Positions 39,192 through 50,635 are shown, numbered from the stretch's first letter. The stretch: 58,173 nucleotides of DNA from Candidatus Bathyarchaeota archaeon (GCA_009889605.1 WUQU01000530.1:1-58173), one strand, 5' to 3'. The notes: generated from the sequence alone by a model not told the origin. Numbers and translations: made by a program.

Positions 39192-40491
39192 GTGCTAAAG
39201 ATACGGTTTGTACTTTCAGCCTCCTTCCTAGTTTTGTTGCTTTTGTTGGCGTGTTTGCCTAGAGCGGTTTTTGCGCAGGAAGAAAGTGTTGGGGAGGCTG
39301 GTGATAGGGCTAGGGCAGTTGATAGGGCTTTAGGTATTCTTAAGAATGTTGTTGGTCTCAATGTGGATGCTTATAATTGGAGTGTCCGTGCATACGGGAA
39401 AGATTTATTCTGGGATGTTTTGCCGCATGAATTTGTGGGTTTTGATTTTTTGGACTGATGAAAGCCAGTTGACGGCCTATGTAGAATTTGTAGATGAAAA
39501 GCTACAGTCAATTTACATGTCTGTGAATAAGGGCGTGCCGCTAATGGTTCAGACAGTTCAACAGACTGCAAACGAGGTTGAGTGGGCCAAGGGCTTTCTG
39601 AGCAGGTATCAAGCCTACTGTGGAGCCACGCATGTGGAAGAGTTCAAAGCAATTCTAGATACAGTTGAACCCAAAACAAACACCGTAAAAGTTTATGGAA
39701 ACATCAAATTTGAGGCGAAATATGATAAGCCGTTCGTTGAATGGGAGAACCACACAATTGACACTGCAACCTTTAGATGGAGATATACGTTTAACGGCGT
39801 TGAAGCTTTTTACAAGAGAGTAGCTCTTTTCTTTGAAAAGGGATGCTTCAGCCGCCTCATTGACAATTGGAATCTCTTTGAGATTGGCAGTTACGACATA
39901 ATTGTTGATGAGAAGAAAGCCATAGAGATTGCCGTGAACGCTGCCAAAAACTACTCCACTAGGGTTTATATGTGGTATGATACTTGGATAACTGTGAGCG
40001 GTTTTAAGGTGGTTGGGGCTAAGGCTGTTTCCTTGATTTTTGGTAACGGCTTGTAGAAGGGGGAGGCCCGCGATGGAAACCCCTTGAAACTTTATCCTGT
40101 ATGGACCGTAGAAGTTTACTTTGATGATGTTTACGCTGGAGGCGTTTACGGCGTATGGCTTAACATCTGGGCTGACACAGGCGAAGTTTGTAGAATATTC
40201 CCCCTCACAGGACCCCTAGGATCGCTTCCTTCAGACATGGTTCCCATAGAAAACGGAGAAAGCGAAGGTCAAGAAAGCAACGAAGCCCAAGCAGGCGGTG
40301 AATAACAAGAACCCACCACACCAGACGAAGACCAAGAACAAGAGCCCATCACACCAGACGAGACACCAACCAATGAAACAGGGCTAAACCTTACAACAGC
40401 CCTAATAGCCACACCAATCCTTGCCGGAATAGCCCTCACAACAGTTAAAGTCTATTCAAAGTGGAAAAGTAAGTCCATCAAAGGGCTGTGA
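39192..40491 (+). pseudogene. Secreted, C-terminally anchored surface protein with one frameshift and two nonsense codons
   Basis: Signal peptide (..AVFA|QEE); extra T in the T6 run ~39446-39451; in-frame TAG 40054-40056 and TAA 40303-40305; LYPVW.V...V.IWADTGEV motif; acidic linker; TM segment with a basic tail. Confidence 0.75.
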
Positions 40492-40492
40492 C

Positions 40493-41582
40493 ATGCCAAA
40501 GATGAGTTCCTCAAGACTTGTCTTGGCGTTGTGCCTTCTAGTCTGGCTTGCTGCATTCTCAATTGTGATACCGGTGGCGAATGCGGAGTCCCGTGGTGTA
40601 GTGTTTTATGGTTCCAGGTGGGGTATGACCCAAGAAGAAATAGATGCAGCTATAGAGGTCATAAATTATATAAAAAACCTCTTTGGATATGGAGGCTACA
40701 ATTGCTCCGATTTGTATGGGAGCCAAACGCAGAAACAAAACGTTTTGAACTATGCTTCTCTCATGGAGGAATCATTCACGGCGTCTATCGACAGTATCAA
40801 TGGTAGGGGCTATAATTGACATAAGCCAGTATGTTAAGAGGAATAAAACATTTTATGTATACTTCGCAGTCAACAACTCCATCGACACCCAATGGAGGAC
40901 ATGGTGCTACCTAGACGATGTGTCCGTAACATACATGGCAAATGATACGGGCAAAATGAAGATCTATGGAAACCCAAACATAAATTTGCTAACTCCTCCA
41001 CCAAACAGCCCGCCAAACGCTCCAACAACGCCTTCAGGGCCCACTTCAGGATACACTGGCGTATCCTACACTTACTCCACAAGCACTAATGATCCCGAGG
41101 GGGACAGCGTCCGTTACCAGTTTGACTGGGGCGACGGTTCAACAACAACTACAGACTGGCTTTCATCTGGCACCCAAGTGTCAGCATCCCACTCTTGGAG
41201 TCCCCCAGGAACATGCTACGTAAGGGTTAGGGCACAAGACTCCTTAAACGCTTGGAGCGACTGGTCTAATCCATGCATAGTGAACATAGCGCCTAGACCA
41301 ACCTGCTCGCTTACGGTTTTTGCTTACAATCAGTACGGCTACCCCGGTTACGTACCACTTTATATAGACGGGCAATATGTTGGAACCACAGGCTACACTT
41401 ACACCGTAACAGCGGGAACTCACACGATCTACGTAGAAAGCCTCCTTTGCGAATATCCATGGATCCATGTTTTCCAATACTACTATTACGACGGCAACTA
41501 CGACTACAATAACCCAACAACCTTAACGGTTAACACAGACAAAACAGTCACAGCATACTACTATTCATACTATTATGGGTAG
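40493..41582 (+). pseudogene. Secreted protein with a PKD-like domain and a Tyr-rich C-terminal beta domain, disrupted near 40780-40810
   Basis: Signal peptide in the 40493 frame; PNSPP..P..PSGP.SG, DPEGD.VRYQFDWGDG and W..WS in the 40752 frame. Confidence 0.7.
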
Positions 41583-41588
41583 TAAGAT

Positions 41589-41987
41589 TTAACTGGCTTT
41601 TTCTTTCTCTATTAGAACGGCGTTTATCACTCCGTTTTGTCCTGGTCGGGAAGTCACCCGCGCCAAGCCCAGCGAAGTTTCAATGATTGCGCCTTTTGTT
41701 ATTACGCCTCTACGGTCATAGTCAACGTTGGCTGGGTTTTTGACAACCCGCAAAATTTCAGTCTTCTGTGTTTTTTTAGTCTTCAAGTCGGTTACACAAG
41801 CGTATTTTTCACTTAAAACTTTAACTTTGAAGGTGTTGCCTCTTGTCTGTTCGATTTTGCGTTCTGGTTCGCCTAATACTGTTTCCACTGGGAATGAGCC
41901 TTGTTCAAATTTTCTTTTCCCACGGTAGGCTCGTTTTTTGCCTCCAGACGGTTTTTTCTTATGCAGATCGCCATGCCAAACAGACAT
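41589..41987 (-). CDS. rps8e: 30S ribosomal protein eS8
   Basis: KKPSGG, NPAN..Y.RRGVITKGAII, ARVTSRPGQNG. Confidence 0.97.
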   Translation of the reverse strand: MSVWHGDLHKKKPSGGKKRAYRGKRKFEQGSFPVETVLGEPERKIEQTRGNTFKVKVLSEKYACVTDLKTKKTQKTEILRVVKNPANVDYDRRGVITKGAIIETSLGLARVTSRPGQNGVINAVLIEKEKAS

Positions 41988-42052
41988 GTCCAGTCATCCT
42001 TAAGCAGTGCGCTTTTAGGCTTGTTCACTATCACGCTGTTTTGCATATAAAC

Positions 42053-42655
42053 CTATCCGTCTCCCACGCCCGCAACTGAACCTTTATTTTCCTCTTCTGC
42101 AGCTTTCTCGCCTTCCAGAATCTTGCGCAGTTCCTTCTTCATCACGGAAAGGTCATGGCTTAAACCGAAATAGTCCGCGAAATAATCCGTTGTCCTCAAA
42201 ATGGAAGAACGTCCTTTCCTTTCAAAGGCGATTAAACCCATTTCCTTAAGCAGTTTAATATGCCCATAGGCATGGTGTCCTCGCACTTCGATAACCCTTT
42301 TCTGAGATAGAGGCTGTCTAAGCGCTATATAAGCCAAAGTTTTCAATGGTCCTGCGGAAATAAGTGGTCTCTTAACGAGTTTTTTAACGTGAGGTGTGAA
42401 CTCGGCTTTTAACTGCAAAACATATCGCTCATCCTTCAACTCTAAAATTTCAAGAGCGGTATTTCTGTTGGCATACTCCTTTGCAAGCATGGTGACAAGT
42501 TTTTTAGCCTTGTTTTTAGACCTGGTCTTCAAAACAGAGCATAATTCCAGAAGATCCAAGGGGCGGCCTGCAACATATAATGCAGCCTCAATTAGGGCGA
42601 GTTCCCTATGTAACTTCGCCTTCTCCAAAACCTGCTTACTCTGTAAAGCTTCCAC
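42053..42655 (-). CDS. scpB: SMC-Scp complex subunit ScpB
   Basis: IEAALYVAG.PL, LKTLAYIA.RQP, RTT..F.DYFGL. Confidence 0.92.
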   Translation of the reverse strand: MEALQSKQVLEKAKLHRELALIEAALYVAGRPLDLLELCSVLKTRSKNKAKKLVTMLAKEYANRNTALEILELKDERYVLQLKAEFTPHVKKLVKRPLISAGPLKTLAYIALRQPLSQKRVIEVRGHHAYGHIKLLKEMGLIAFERKGRSSILRTTDYFADYFGLSHDLSVMKKELRKILEGEKAAEEENKGSVAGVGDG

Positions 42656-42656
42656 G

Positions 42657-43355
42657 TCACTGGGTTGGTCTTTGGTTTCCTGCAGTGTCTAGCCCTCCTA
42701 CGGTTATGTAAATCTCCTCAGACGCCTCATCCTGCCACAAGTTTATCTTTCCCTCTTGAGCCAAGAACAGTAAAAGAATGAAATTGCGTACGGCTTCCAA
42801 CCGCGTCATACCTTTTACTAAAGCAGAAAATTCAATTATCCCAGCGCCCTTAACCATTTCAAGAAGAGCCTTGTAAAGCTTGTCCATCTGGAGCTCAATT
42901 TCCATCAAGTAATAGTCGATTTGGGGAAGAATCTCCGAAGGCGTTGGGAGAATAGGTGCAGTTGCTGCTTTTTCTAGGCGGAAGAGTTTTTCACCCTTTA
43001 AAACATCGTCCAAAACTTCCAACAAATGCCGTATGGTTGTTGAGGTTAACTCGTGTCTAAGGGGAAGGAAAAGGGGTGGTGGAAGAAACTCTTGGGGAGC
43101 TTTAGGGGGTTGCGGCGGCTCTTCAAGCTTAAGCAGCAGCTTCGACTTCATAAGGTATATAAGCGCCGAAGAGTCCAAGGCCACGCCTGAAGCCCTAAAA
43201 TCTATTTGGCCGCTTTTCTCCATTTCTTCAAGAAAAGTGGTAAGCAAATAGGCAATGTTGATGTCCCATGGAGTAAGTTTTTCCAGTTTGTGAAACTCGA
43301 AGAGAATGTTCCATGGAGGCCGCATGTAAAAAGGCTTCTTAACCACTGTGGCCAT
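42657..43355 (-). CDS. scpA: Kleisin ScpA
   Basis: PWDINI, SG.AL..SA.IY.MKS, F..LLFLA.EG.I.L.Q; lies between smc and scpB. Confidence 0.88.
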   Translation of the reverse strand: MATVVKKPFYMRPPWNILFEFHKLEKLTPWDINIAYLLTTFLEEMEKSGQIDFRASGVALDSSALIYLMKSKLLLKLEEPPQPPKAPQEFLPPPLFLPLRHELTSTTIRHLLEVLDDVLKGEKLFRLEKAATAPILPTPSEILPQIDYYLMEIELQMDKLYKALLEMVKGAGIIEFSALVKGMTRLEAVRNFILLLFLAQEGKINLWQDEASEEIYITVGGLDTAGNQRPTQ

Positions 43356-46300
43356 TTAGCTTGGCACCTCTAAGAACTTGGCAGAAATAACATTGGAAAC
43401 CCCGTTGCGCCCATAAACTCCGTAAACTTTTTGAGCCTTATTAACCATTTCAGGCTTCAAAGTGATAACTATAAACTGGGCTTTTTCGGATTCCTCTAAA
43501 AGAAGGCCGGCGAGTTTTGAAACGTGGAAAGCATCCAAGTGCGCGTCTACTTCGTCGAGAATGTAGAAGGATGCTGGTGTGAAATCTTTTATTGCGAATA
43601 TGAAGGCGACGGCTGCAACGGAGCGTTCACCGCCGCTGGCTCCACTTACAACTATTGAAGGCTTGTGGGGGAACTGAACAATCATGTCTATTCCGCCAGA
43701 AAAGGGTTCTTCGGGGTTTTCCAGCGTTAAAGTGGCTATTCCTCCTCCAGTAAGTTTTGAAAAGTATTTTTGCAGGTTTTGGCGAATTTTTTCGAAAGCT
43801 TCCATGAAAACCTTGCGTTTTTTGCTTTCAACTTCATCCATAAACCTTAAAATTGCTTGTTTTTCTTTTTCAAGCTCGTTCATTCTTAGGGATAGTTCTT
43901 TATATCGTGAAATTTGTTCTGCGTAATGGGATAAGGCAAGCTGGTTTACTGCGCCTATCCGTTCAATTTCAAACTGGAACATTTTCAAGGAAGTTTCAGC
44001 TTCTTCAACTTCTTTGGTGGTAACTTGCAAGGGTTTCTCGTAGCCGAACTGTCTAAGCTGGTTCTGCCACTGTTCAAGCTGTATTAGGGCTGTTTGGATG
44101 TTCAATTGATAATTGTTCAGAAGGCGATCTGTTTCCTCGTATTCAGCGTCGAGCACGCGGAGTTCTTTGTCTATTTCGTCTATTTGGGCGGTGAACTTTT
44201 TGGATTCTTCTCTAGCCGACAAAACAGTTTGAGAGAGTTCCACGCGGCTTTTTTCAAGTTCTGCCAGTTCCTGTTTTAGTTTTTCCCTTTCTTGGAGCGC
44301 CGCTTCTACTTCACCCTCGGTTTTTTTAAGTTGCTGCTCAACTTTTGCCAACTGAAATTTCACGTTTTTATATCCTGTTCTTAAAACGTTGTCAAATTGC
44401 GACTGAAGCGTTGAGATTTCCGTTTGGACGCTGCCAAGCTTCTGCCTTAAAGTGATTATTTCTTCAGCCAGTTTTTCTCGTTTAACCTCCATTTCCTGAA
44501 TGTTCGCTGGGTCTACTTTACGCCTTAAGACGGCTAAATCGCTTTGAAGTGACCGCATTTCCTTTTGGATAACGCTTCTTTCAGCCTTGTATTCCCAAAT
44601 CTTTGCTTTCTCTGCTTCAATCTCGTTTAAGATTCGCTTAATGTTTGTTTCCGCTCTTTTCACGTTCAATTTTGTTCTTTTAACGCTTCTTTTGACCCTC
44701 GCTATTTCTCTGTCGAGGGTTGTTATGGCTTCTGATAAGCGGGCAATTTCAACGCGAATCCTGTCCATTTCCTCTTCCAAAGAGGCTATGTCGCTTCCTC
44801 TCCGAGACAAGTGCTGCTGGAGAGCCTTAACCGCTTCATCCAGGCTTTTTATAGCTGTCTCGCTGGGTATGATGGCGGAAAAATCTATGGGCGCCCGATA
44901 GTAGCCGCTTTCCATGGCGCCGCCTGGCTCGTAAAGGTCTCCGTTAACCGTTACTACGCGATAACCCTCATTTGAAAGGGCGAAAGCCGTCTTATCTTCT
45001 TGAACAACCAGCGTGTCGCCGAAGACAAAGTATACCGCGGGCTCATACTGTTTAGCGTATTTCATGAAAGAGAAAGCTGGGCCACTGATGCTCTTGTCCT
45101 TTGGAGGGTTAACTGGTTTCGCATTGGAGATTCCTTCCAAAGGTATCATTTTTATTCTTCCAAGTTTCATTCTTCGCAAGGTTTCCGTGCAGGTGAAGGC
45201 TGTGTCGAAATCTTTGACAACTATGGCGTCTAGCCAGCCTCCGGCAGCAACTTCGATGGCTTGCTGGTAAGCCTTATCGATTTTAATCAAGTTGCGCAGC
45301 CGGCCATACACGCCTTGAATAACGCCTAGTTCGCCGAGCTCTTCTATGCTTCTTAGGGCTTTTTCTTCAGCGGCAACGGTTTCTGCAAGCTCCCTTTGAG
45401 TGACAAACTCTACAACTGCTTCTCGCGCTGACTCAGCGATCTTTCCAGCTTCAGCTATTTCCCTCTCTACAGCTTCTTTCTGGGCTATTCTTCTTTCAAG
45501 GGTATGCTCCAAATTTTTAAGCTGAGCTTTTTGGTCTTTCTGAACCTTTTCGAGTTCTGCTAAAGATTTCTCAAGCTCGCTAAGGGTTGCGGCAAACCGT
45601 TCTTTGCGTTCGTTTAAGTCTCTAAGTCTTCTTTCGCGGATTTTGATGGCTGTCTGGCTTTTTGCGTGTTCCGATTTTAGATAGGTGAGTCTTTTGTAGT
45701 CTTTGTCAAGCTGCAGTTCCATTTCTCTTATTTTTTTGCTGTTTTCTCCGAGGTTTTCCCATAGTTGTGCGGCTTCTTGTGCCAGAGCATCGTGTTCGGC
45801 TTGTTTTGCGTTAATTTCGGCTAAAATGCGTTCGTACTCACTTTTTAGATGCCTAATTTTTAAACGGTTTTCGCGGATTTCATTTCGGATAGACTGGTAT
45901 TGCTGTGAAGTGTTTTCTTTAATTCGGTTTAAGCTTTCAAGGCTTGTTTTTCCAGAGCTTATTTTGGTTGTTAACTCTGCAAGTTTGGATTTTAGTTCTC
46001 CAATTTTCATTTGAACCCTTAATACTTGCGAGCCGCCTTCCTCAACTATTTCTGAGCTTAGTTTTCGCCATTCGCCTTCAATTTCCCTGCGTTTTAATCT
46101 ACGTTGTTCCCTTAACGCTCTTATTTTTTCAAGCCTTTCTTTGATTTTTTCTGCTTGAATGGAGTTTTCTTTGACTTTCTCCTGTATCCGCGTTATGTCG
46201 TGGGAGAGTTTGACAGCTTCAAACTTTTTTATCTCGTTTTTAAGGAAATTATACCGTAAAAGCTCGTTGCGTTCCCTTTCCAAGTCTTCAACACGTCTCT

Positions 46301-46907
46301 GCACTTCGTCTATTCTGCCCATGGCCGTGCGTATCGACATGTCTGCAGTTCGCAGTTTTTCTTCAGCCTCAGCTTTTTCCGCGTCATACTGCGCTATTCC
46401 AACCAGATCTTCAATGATTTTCCTTCTTTCCGGGGGAGAAATATCTGTTAGCCGTGTTATGGTGCCTTGCAGAATTATGTTGTGGCTTGTGGAGCTTATC
46501 CCTGCCATGGAGAGAATTTCCATTATGTATGTTCTTGAAATTCGCCTACCGTTAAGCCTATAAACGCTGAGGCCGTTTCGGTAAACCTCACGAGAAATAG
46601 TAACCGTTGTAGTGTCAACAGGTAAACGTCCATCAGTATTATCAAACTGTATTATCACCTTGGCCATTTTCGCCTTTTCTAACCCCTCTTTTTCGGAACC
46701 GTGAAAAATCAGTTTTGCAGCGGTTTCCGCACGAAGCCTTCTGGTGCTTAGTTCGCCTAGGGCAAATAAAATCGCGTCAACAATATTTGACTTTCCACTA
46801 CCATTCGGGCCAGTTATAGCCGTAAACCCTTTATCCAAAACGATTTTGGCTGTTTGCGGTCCAAAGGATTTGAATCCCTTAAGTTCTATTTTTTTGATAT
46901 AGGGCAT
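43356..46907 (-). CDS. smc: Chromosome segregation protein SMC
   Basis: GFKSF, Walker A GPNGSGKSN, hinge (GVYGRL...GDLYEPGG), SGGERS, LDEVDAHLD. Confidence 0.97.
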   Translation of the reverse strand: MPYIKKIELKGFKSFGPQTAKIVLDKGFTAITGPNGSGKSNIVDAILFALGELSTRRLRAETAAKLIFHGSEKEGLEKAKMAKVIIQFDNTDGRLPVDTTTVTISREVYRNGLSVYRLNGRRISRTYIMEILSMAGISSTSHNIILQGTITRLTDISPPERRKIIEDLVGIAQYDAEKAEAEEKLRTADMSIRTAMGRIDEVQRRVEDLERERNELLRYNFLKNEIKKFEAVKLSHDITRIQEKVKENSIQAEKIKERLEKIRALREQRRLKRREIEGEWRKLSSEIVEEGGSQVLRVQMKIGELKSKLAELTTKISSGKTSLESLNRIKENTSQQYQSIRNEIRENRLKIRHLKSEYERILAEINAKQAEHDALAQEAAQLWENLGENSKKIREMELQLDKDYKRLTYLKSEHAKSQTAIKIRERRLRDLNERKERFAATLSELEKSLAELEKVQKDQKAQLKNLEHTLERRIAQKEAVEREIAEAGKIAESAREAVVEFVTQRELAETVAAEEKALRSIEELGELGVIQGVYGRLRNLIKIDKAYQQAIEVAAGGWLDAIVVKDFDTAFTCTETLRRMKLGRIKMIPLEGISNAKPVNPPKDKSISGPAFSFMKYAKQYEPAVYFVFGDTLVVQEDKTAFALSNEGYRVVTVNGDLYEPGGAMESGYYRAPIDFSAIIPSETAIKSLDEAVKALQQHLSRRGSDIASLEEEMDRIRVEIARLSEAITTLDREIARVKRSVKRTKLNVKRAETNIKRILNEIEAEKAKIWEYKAERSVIQKEMRSLQSDLAVLRRKVDPANIQEMEVKREKLAEEIITLRQKLGSVQTEISTLQSQFDNVLRTGYKNVKFQLAKVEQQLKKTEGEVEAALQEREKLKQELAELEKSRVELSQTVLSAREESKKFTAQIDEIDKELRVLDAEYEETDRLLNNYQLNIQTALIQLEQWQNQLRQFGYEKPLQVTTKEVEEAETSLKMFQFEIERIGAVNQLALSHYAEQISRYKELSLRMNELEKEKQAILRFMDEVESKKRKVFMEAFEKIRQNLQKYFSKLTGGGIATLTLENPEEPFSGGIDMIVQFPHKPSIVVSGASGGERSVAAVAFIFAIKDFTPASFYILDEVDAHLDAFHVSKLAGLLLEESEKAQFIVITLKPEMVNKAQKVYGVYGRNGVSNVISAKFLEVPS

Positions 46908-47024
46908 TAAGCTACGCCCTCACCTCTACGAAACCGTGAAATGCCTCACAGGAAGCCAATTCTATGCGACTTCTTTATAAAAGTGTGGCACCAGCAAGCT
47001 TTAACGATTATGCACTTTTTAACG

Positions 47025-47543
47025 CTATTTTTCAGCTTTTAACCCATATTTTGTAGCCATTTTTTTGACAAAATCTTTCACAAGGGCATCTTCGCCGTAA
47101 ACAATCAAACATCCATCTTTTTGCAAGTTGAAGGAAAGGTTTAATTCTTCAGCCAAAGCCTTCAATGTTTCGAAAGGCAATTCCTTAGAAGGTTTAACGC
47201 GAATCCAACGCTGTTCTTTCGGGACACCTGAAATAAACCGCGTTTCTTCCTCTACCGCATTAAACGGAGATTTGTTTGCTTCATCTAACCGCTTCAACCA
47301 CTCCTCTACGTACTCGTTTCCAAGTCTTTCCCGTCCCTCAGAAATAAGATACGCCTCCACATTACGGAGGCATTCTTCAATCCTTTGGCCTGTTTCAAAT
47401 CTGGAAGAGTCAGCCTTCAAAACATTGATTAAAGTTTTCGCGTATCTCAAATCGCTGACAACATTAGCGGATACAGGTACACCTCTTTTGCGAAAATCTT
47501 GAACCATTTCGTCCAAAACCCTCCAAACAGCCAAATAACCCAT
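47025..47543 (-). CDS. DUF2096-like conserved archaeal protein
   Basis: W.VL.EM..D.RK.G..V...V..DLRYAKTLI pattern. Confidence 0.65.
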   Translation of the reverse strand: MGYLAVWRVLDEMVQDFRKRGVPVSANVVSDLRYAKTLINVLKADSSRFETGQRIEECLRNVEAYLISEGRERLGNEYVEEWLKRLDEANKSPFNAVEEETRFISGVPKEQRWIRVKPSKELPFETLKALAEELNLSFNLQKDGCLIVYGEDALVKDFVKKMATKYGLKAEK

Positions 47544-47740
47544 AAGCCTTCACCCATTAACCATTAATTGGAAGTCAGCCATTATATAATTATTATCTGA
47601 AGCCAAATGATCTAGTAAACCTCTCACAAGCAGTATAAAAAGGCTTAACCAAAACACAATTAATAGGAAAAGGTTTTTAGTTTAGTTGTTATATGAAAGT
47701 TCTGCAAAGGAATTTAGTTAGTGTGTGAGGTTGATGTTTG

Positions 47741-48469
47741 ATGTCTGTGTTTGCAGCTCCAGGAGCATATGACCGCGCCATAACCGTTTTCTCACCGGAT
47801 GGAAGGCTGTTTCAAGTTGAATATGCCATGGAGTTAGTCAATCGGGGGGCAACCATTTTGGGGATAAAGTGTCCTGAAGGGGTTGTTCTGGGCGCTGAAG
47901 AAACCGTTGAACCCCTTGAAGAATCTGAGTCTTCATGGAAAATTTTCAAAATTGACGATCACATAGGAACCGCAATAGTAGGATTAAGTTCAGACGCGAG
48001 GGTTTTAATAGACCAGGCGCGGATTTATGCTCAAAGTAATAAGTTAACTTATGACGAACCCATAGACGTAGAGGTTGTAACCAAACGTATATGCGATATA
48101 CAGCAGCTTTATACGCAACACGCTGGTGTCAGACCCTTTGGAGTTTCGCTAATTTTCGGCGGAGTTGACAAAACTGGAAACCGCTTATTCATAACCCATC
48201 CAAGCGGAACCTATAAAGGGCATAAGGCTACAGCCGTGGGTGCTGGAAGAGAAGTGGCGATGAATATTTTGAAGGAAGAATACCGTGAAAACCTAAGCCT
48301 TGAAGAAGCTGTCAAACTTGCAGTGAAATGTCTCGTAAAAGCTTTAGAGACGAGACAGCTTCCGCCCAGAATAAAAATAGCCGTTATTTCTTCAGCAACA
48401 AAGAAAATGAAAATGCTCAGCGAAGAAAAAGTTGAAGAATACATGAAGAACTTTGGCGCAAGCAAGTGA
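47741..48469 (+). CDS. psmA: Proteasome subunit alpha
   Basis: YDRAITVFSPDGRLFQVEYA, GVRPFGVSL. Confidence 0.98.
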   Translation: MSVFAAPGAYDRAITVFSPDGRLFQVEYAMELVNRGATILGIKCPEGVVLGAEETVEPLEESESSWKIFKIDDHIGTAIVGLSSDARVLIDQARIYAQSNKLTYDEPIDVEVVTKRICDIQQLYTQHAGVRPFGVSLIFGGVDKTGNRLFITHPSGTYKGHKATAVGAGREVAMNILKEEYRENLSLEEAVKLAVKCLVKALETRQLPPRIKIAVISSATKKMKMLSEEKVEEYMKNFGASK

Positions 48470-48476
48470 AACTGCC

Positions 48477-49166
48477 ATGGGAGAAAAGCATACAATCGCG
48501 CGCATCACCAAAGACAACGAACACTTTGAAATTCTCGTAAAACCAGAGAAAGCCCTAGACTACCGTTTAGGGAAAATATCAGCCATCTCAGAAGTTTTAG
48601 TCACTGAAACCATATTCTCAGATGCAAACAAAGGTACAAAAGTCTCCGAAGAAGCCCTCCGCAAAGCCTTCGGAACAACAGACCAGCTTAAGATCGCAGA
48701 CATAATACTGAAAAAGGGAACATTACAGCTAACAACTGAACAACGCAGGAAAATGATAGAGGAAAAAAGAAGGCAAATAGTAGCCTTCATATCAAAAAAT
48801 TGTGTAGACCCCAGGACAAACCTTACCCATCCACCTTTACGCATTGAGCAGGCCATGGAGCAAATCCACTACTCAATAGACCCGTTCAAGGCGACGGAGG
48901 AACAGGCAAGAGAAATAATTAAACTGCTTAGACAGATTCTCCCACTAAAAATGGAACAAATCTCCGTCAGCGTCCACATACCAGCGCAATATGCAGCCAG
49001 AGCCTACGGAACCATAAAAGCACTTGGAACCATAAAACGTGAAGAGTGGCGGGCAGACGGCTCTTGGAGCGGTGTTCTAGAAATGCCAGCCGGCGTATAT
49101 GCACCGTTCCTCGAAAAAATTGGAGAAATCACAAAAGGAAACGCAGAAGCAAAGGTAATATCATAA
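48477..49166 (+). CDS. Ribosome maturation protein SBDS/SDO1
   Basis: HFEILV.P, QLTTEQRR, DPRT...HPP.RIE.AM. Confidence 0.95.
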   Translation: MGEKHTIARITKDNEHFEILVKPEKALDYRLGKISAISEVLVTETIFSDANKGTKVSEEALRKAFGTTDQLKIADIILKKGTLQLTTEQRRKMIEEKRRQIVAFISKNCVDPRTNLTHPPLRIEQAMEQIHYSIDPFKATEEQAREIIKLLRQILPLKMEQISVSVHIPAQYAARAYGTIKALGTIKREEWRADGSWSGVLEMPAGVYAPFLEKIGEITKGNAEAKVIS

Positions 49167-49197
49167 TTTGATTATTCATGGTTTGGATGTGTTTATT

Positions 49198-49917
49198 ATG
49201 CCAACATTTTTTGAGAAAAGACAACTTGTAACACCCGGCGACTTGCTGGCAGAAGGCGACTACATAGCCGGCGAAAACGCATATAAAGAAAACAACAAGA
49301 TTTACGCTGCACGAACAGGACTTGTGGAATATGAAGAAAAAAGGGTCAGCGTTGTAGCCTTAAGAGCCTTCTATATCCCAAAAGTAGGCGACACCGTTAT
49401 AGGAACAGTGGTTGAAGTGGGCTTCAGCGGATGGACAGTTGACATAAACTCGCCATATATGGCCATTCTAAGAGCCACAGAGGTTCTTAACAGACCGTTT
49501 AAACCGCAGAAAAACGACCTTACAGAGGTTCTTGATGTTGGAGACTTGGTTGTAGCCAAAATAGTTGCCTACGACAGAACTCACGACCCGCAGCTGAGCG
49601 TTAACGAACCTGGATTGGGAAAAATAACTCGTGGACAAATAGTGAAAATAACCCCTACAAAGATTCCCCGCGTTATAGGAAAGAAGGGTTCCATGATATC
49701 CTTGATAAAACAGGAAACGGGTTGCCACATAATTCTCGGCCATAATGGGGTTATACTAATAACAGGCAAAAGCCTAGAAGATGAGGAACTAGCCATGATG
49801 GCTATCCGAAAAATAGACGAAGAATCTCACACAACCGGATTAACGGATCGCATATCACAGCTTATTAAAAAAGAAAAGGAGAAAAAGGGAGGTAGTCAAA
49901 ATGAGTCAAAAAATTGA
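49198..49917 (+). CDS. rrp4: Exosome complex component Rrp4
   Basis: VTPGDLL, YIPKVGD.VIG S1 domain, [13 protein letters not shown]. Confidence 0.96.
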   Translation: MPTFFEKRQLVTPGDLLAEGDYIAGENAYKENNKIYAARTGLVEYEEKRVSVVALRAFYIPKVGDTVIGTVVEVGFSGWTVDINSPYMAILRATEVLNRPFKPQKNDLTEVLDVGDLVVAKIVAYDRTHDPQLSVNEPGLGKITRGQIVKITPTKIPRVIGKKGSMISLIKQETGCHIILGHNGVILITGKSLEDEELAMMAIRKIDEESHTTGLTDRISQLIKKEKEKKGGSQNESKN

Positions 49918-50635
49918 GAAACTAATTGATAAAAAGGGTTTAAGGCTTGACGGAAGAAAACCAGACGAGTTGAGGCCTATAAAAATCGAGGTAGGTGTTC
50001 TGTCAAATGCTGACGGATCAGCCTACATTGAACAGGGGAAAAACAAGATTTTAGCAGCGGTCTACGGGCCGAAAGAGGTCCATCCGAAACATATGGCTTT
50101 ACCGGACCGTATGGTTTTAAGATGCCGATATCATATGGCGCCTTTCTCTGTTCAAGAACGTAAGTCGCCAGCGCCTTCGCGGAGAGAAATTGAACTCTCA
50201 AAAGTTATTAGAGAAGCTGTAGAGCCAGCCATTTTTATGGAATATTACCCGCGGACAGCCATAGACGTCTTCGTTGAAGTCTTGCAGGCTGATGGAAGCA
50301 CAAGATGTGCAAGCATAACAGCTGCTTCCTTGGCTTTGGCAGACGCAGGCATACCCATGCGGGACTTGGTGGCAGCATGTTCAGCTGGAAAAGTCGACGA
50401 CGCCATCGTTTTGGATTTGATGGACACTGAGGACAAAGTTGGATCCGCCGATGTTCCAGTTGCTTTTATGCCAAATCTCGGCGTAATAACACTGTTACAG
50501 ATGGATGGAATCTTAACGCCTGAAGAATTTGAAAAAGCCGTTAACTTAGCAATTGAGGGGTGCAAGAAAATTTACGCTTTACAGAAGGAAGCTTTAAGGG
50601 CTAAATACCTAAGCGTTAAGGAGGTTGAAGAGTAA
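49901..50635 (+). CDS. rrp41: Exosome complex exonuclease Rrp41
   Basis: [26 protein letters not shown]. Confidence 0.97.
   Translation: MSQKIEKLIDKKGLRLDGRKPDELRPIKIEVGVLSNADGSAYIEQGKNKILAAVYGPKEVHPKHMALPDRMVLRCRYHMAPFSVQERKSPAPSRREIELSKVIREAVEPAIFMEYYPRTAIDVFVEVLQADGSTRCASITAASLALADAGIPMRDLVAACSAGKVDDAIVLDLMDTEDKVGSADVPVAFMPNLGVITLLQMDGILTPEEFEKAVNLAIEGCKKIYALQKEALRAKYLSVKEVEE

Noticed and set aside
40054..40056. In-frame TAG as possible pyrrolysine read-through
   Set aside because: The same gene also has a frameshift and a TAA; TAG ends mtnA, rps13, rpl13 and rps2 at normal positions; no pyl genes are in the window.
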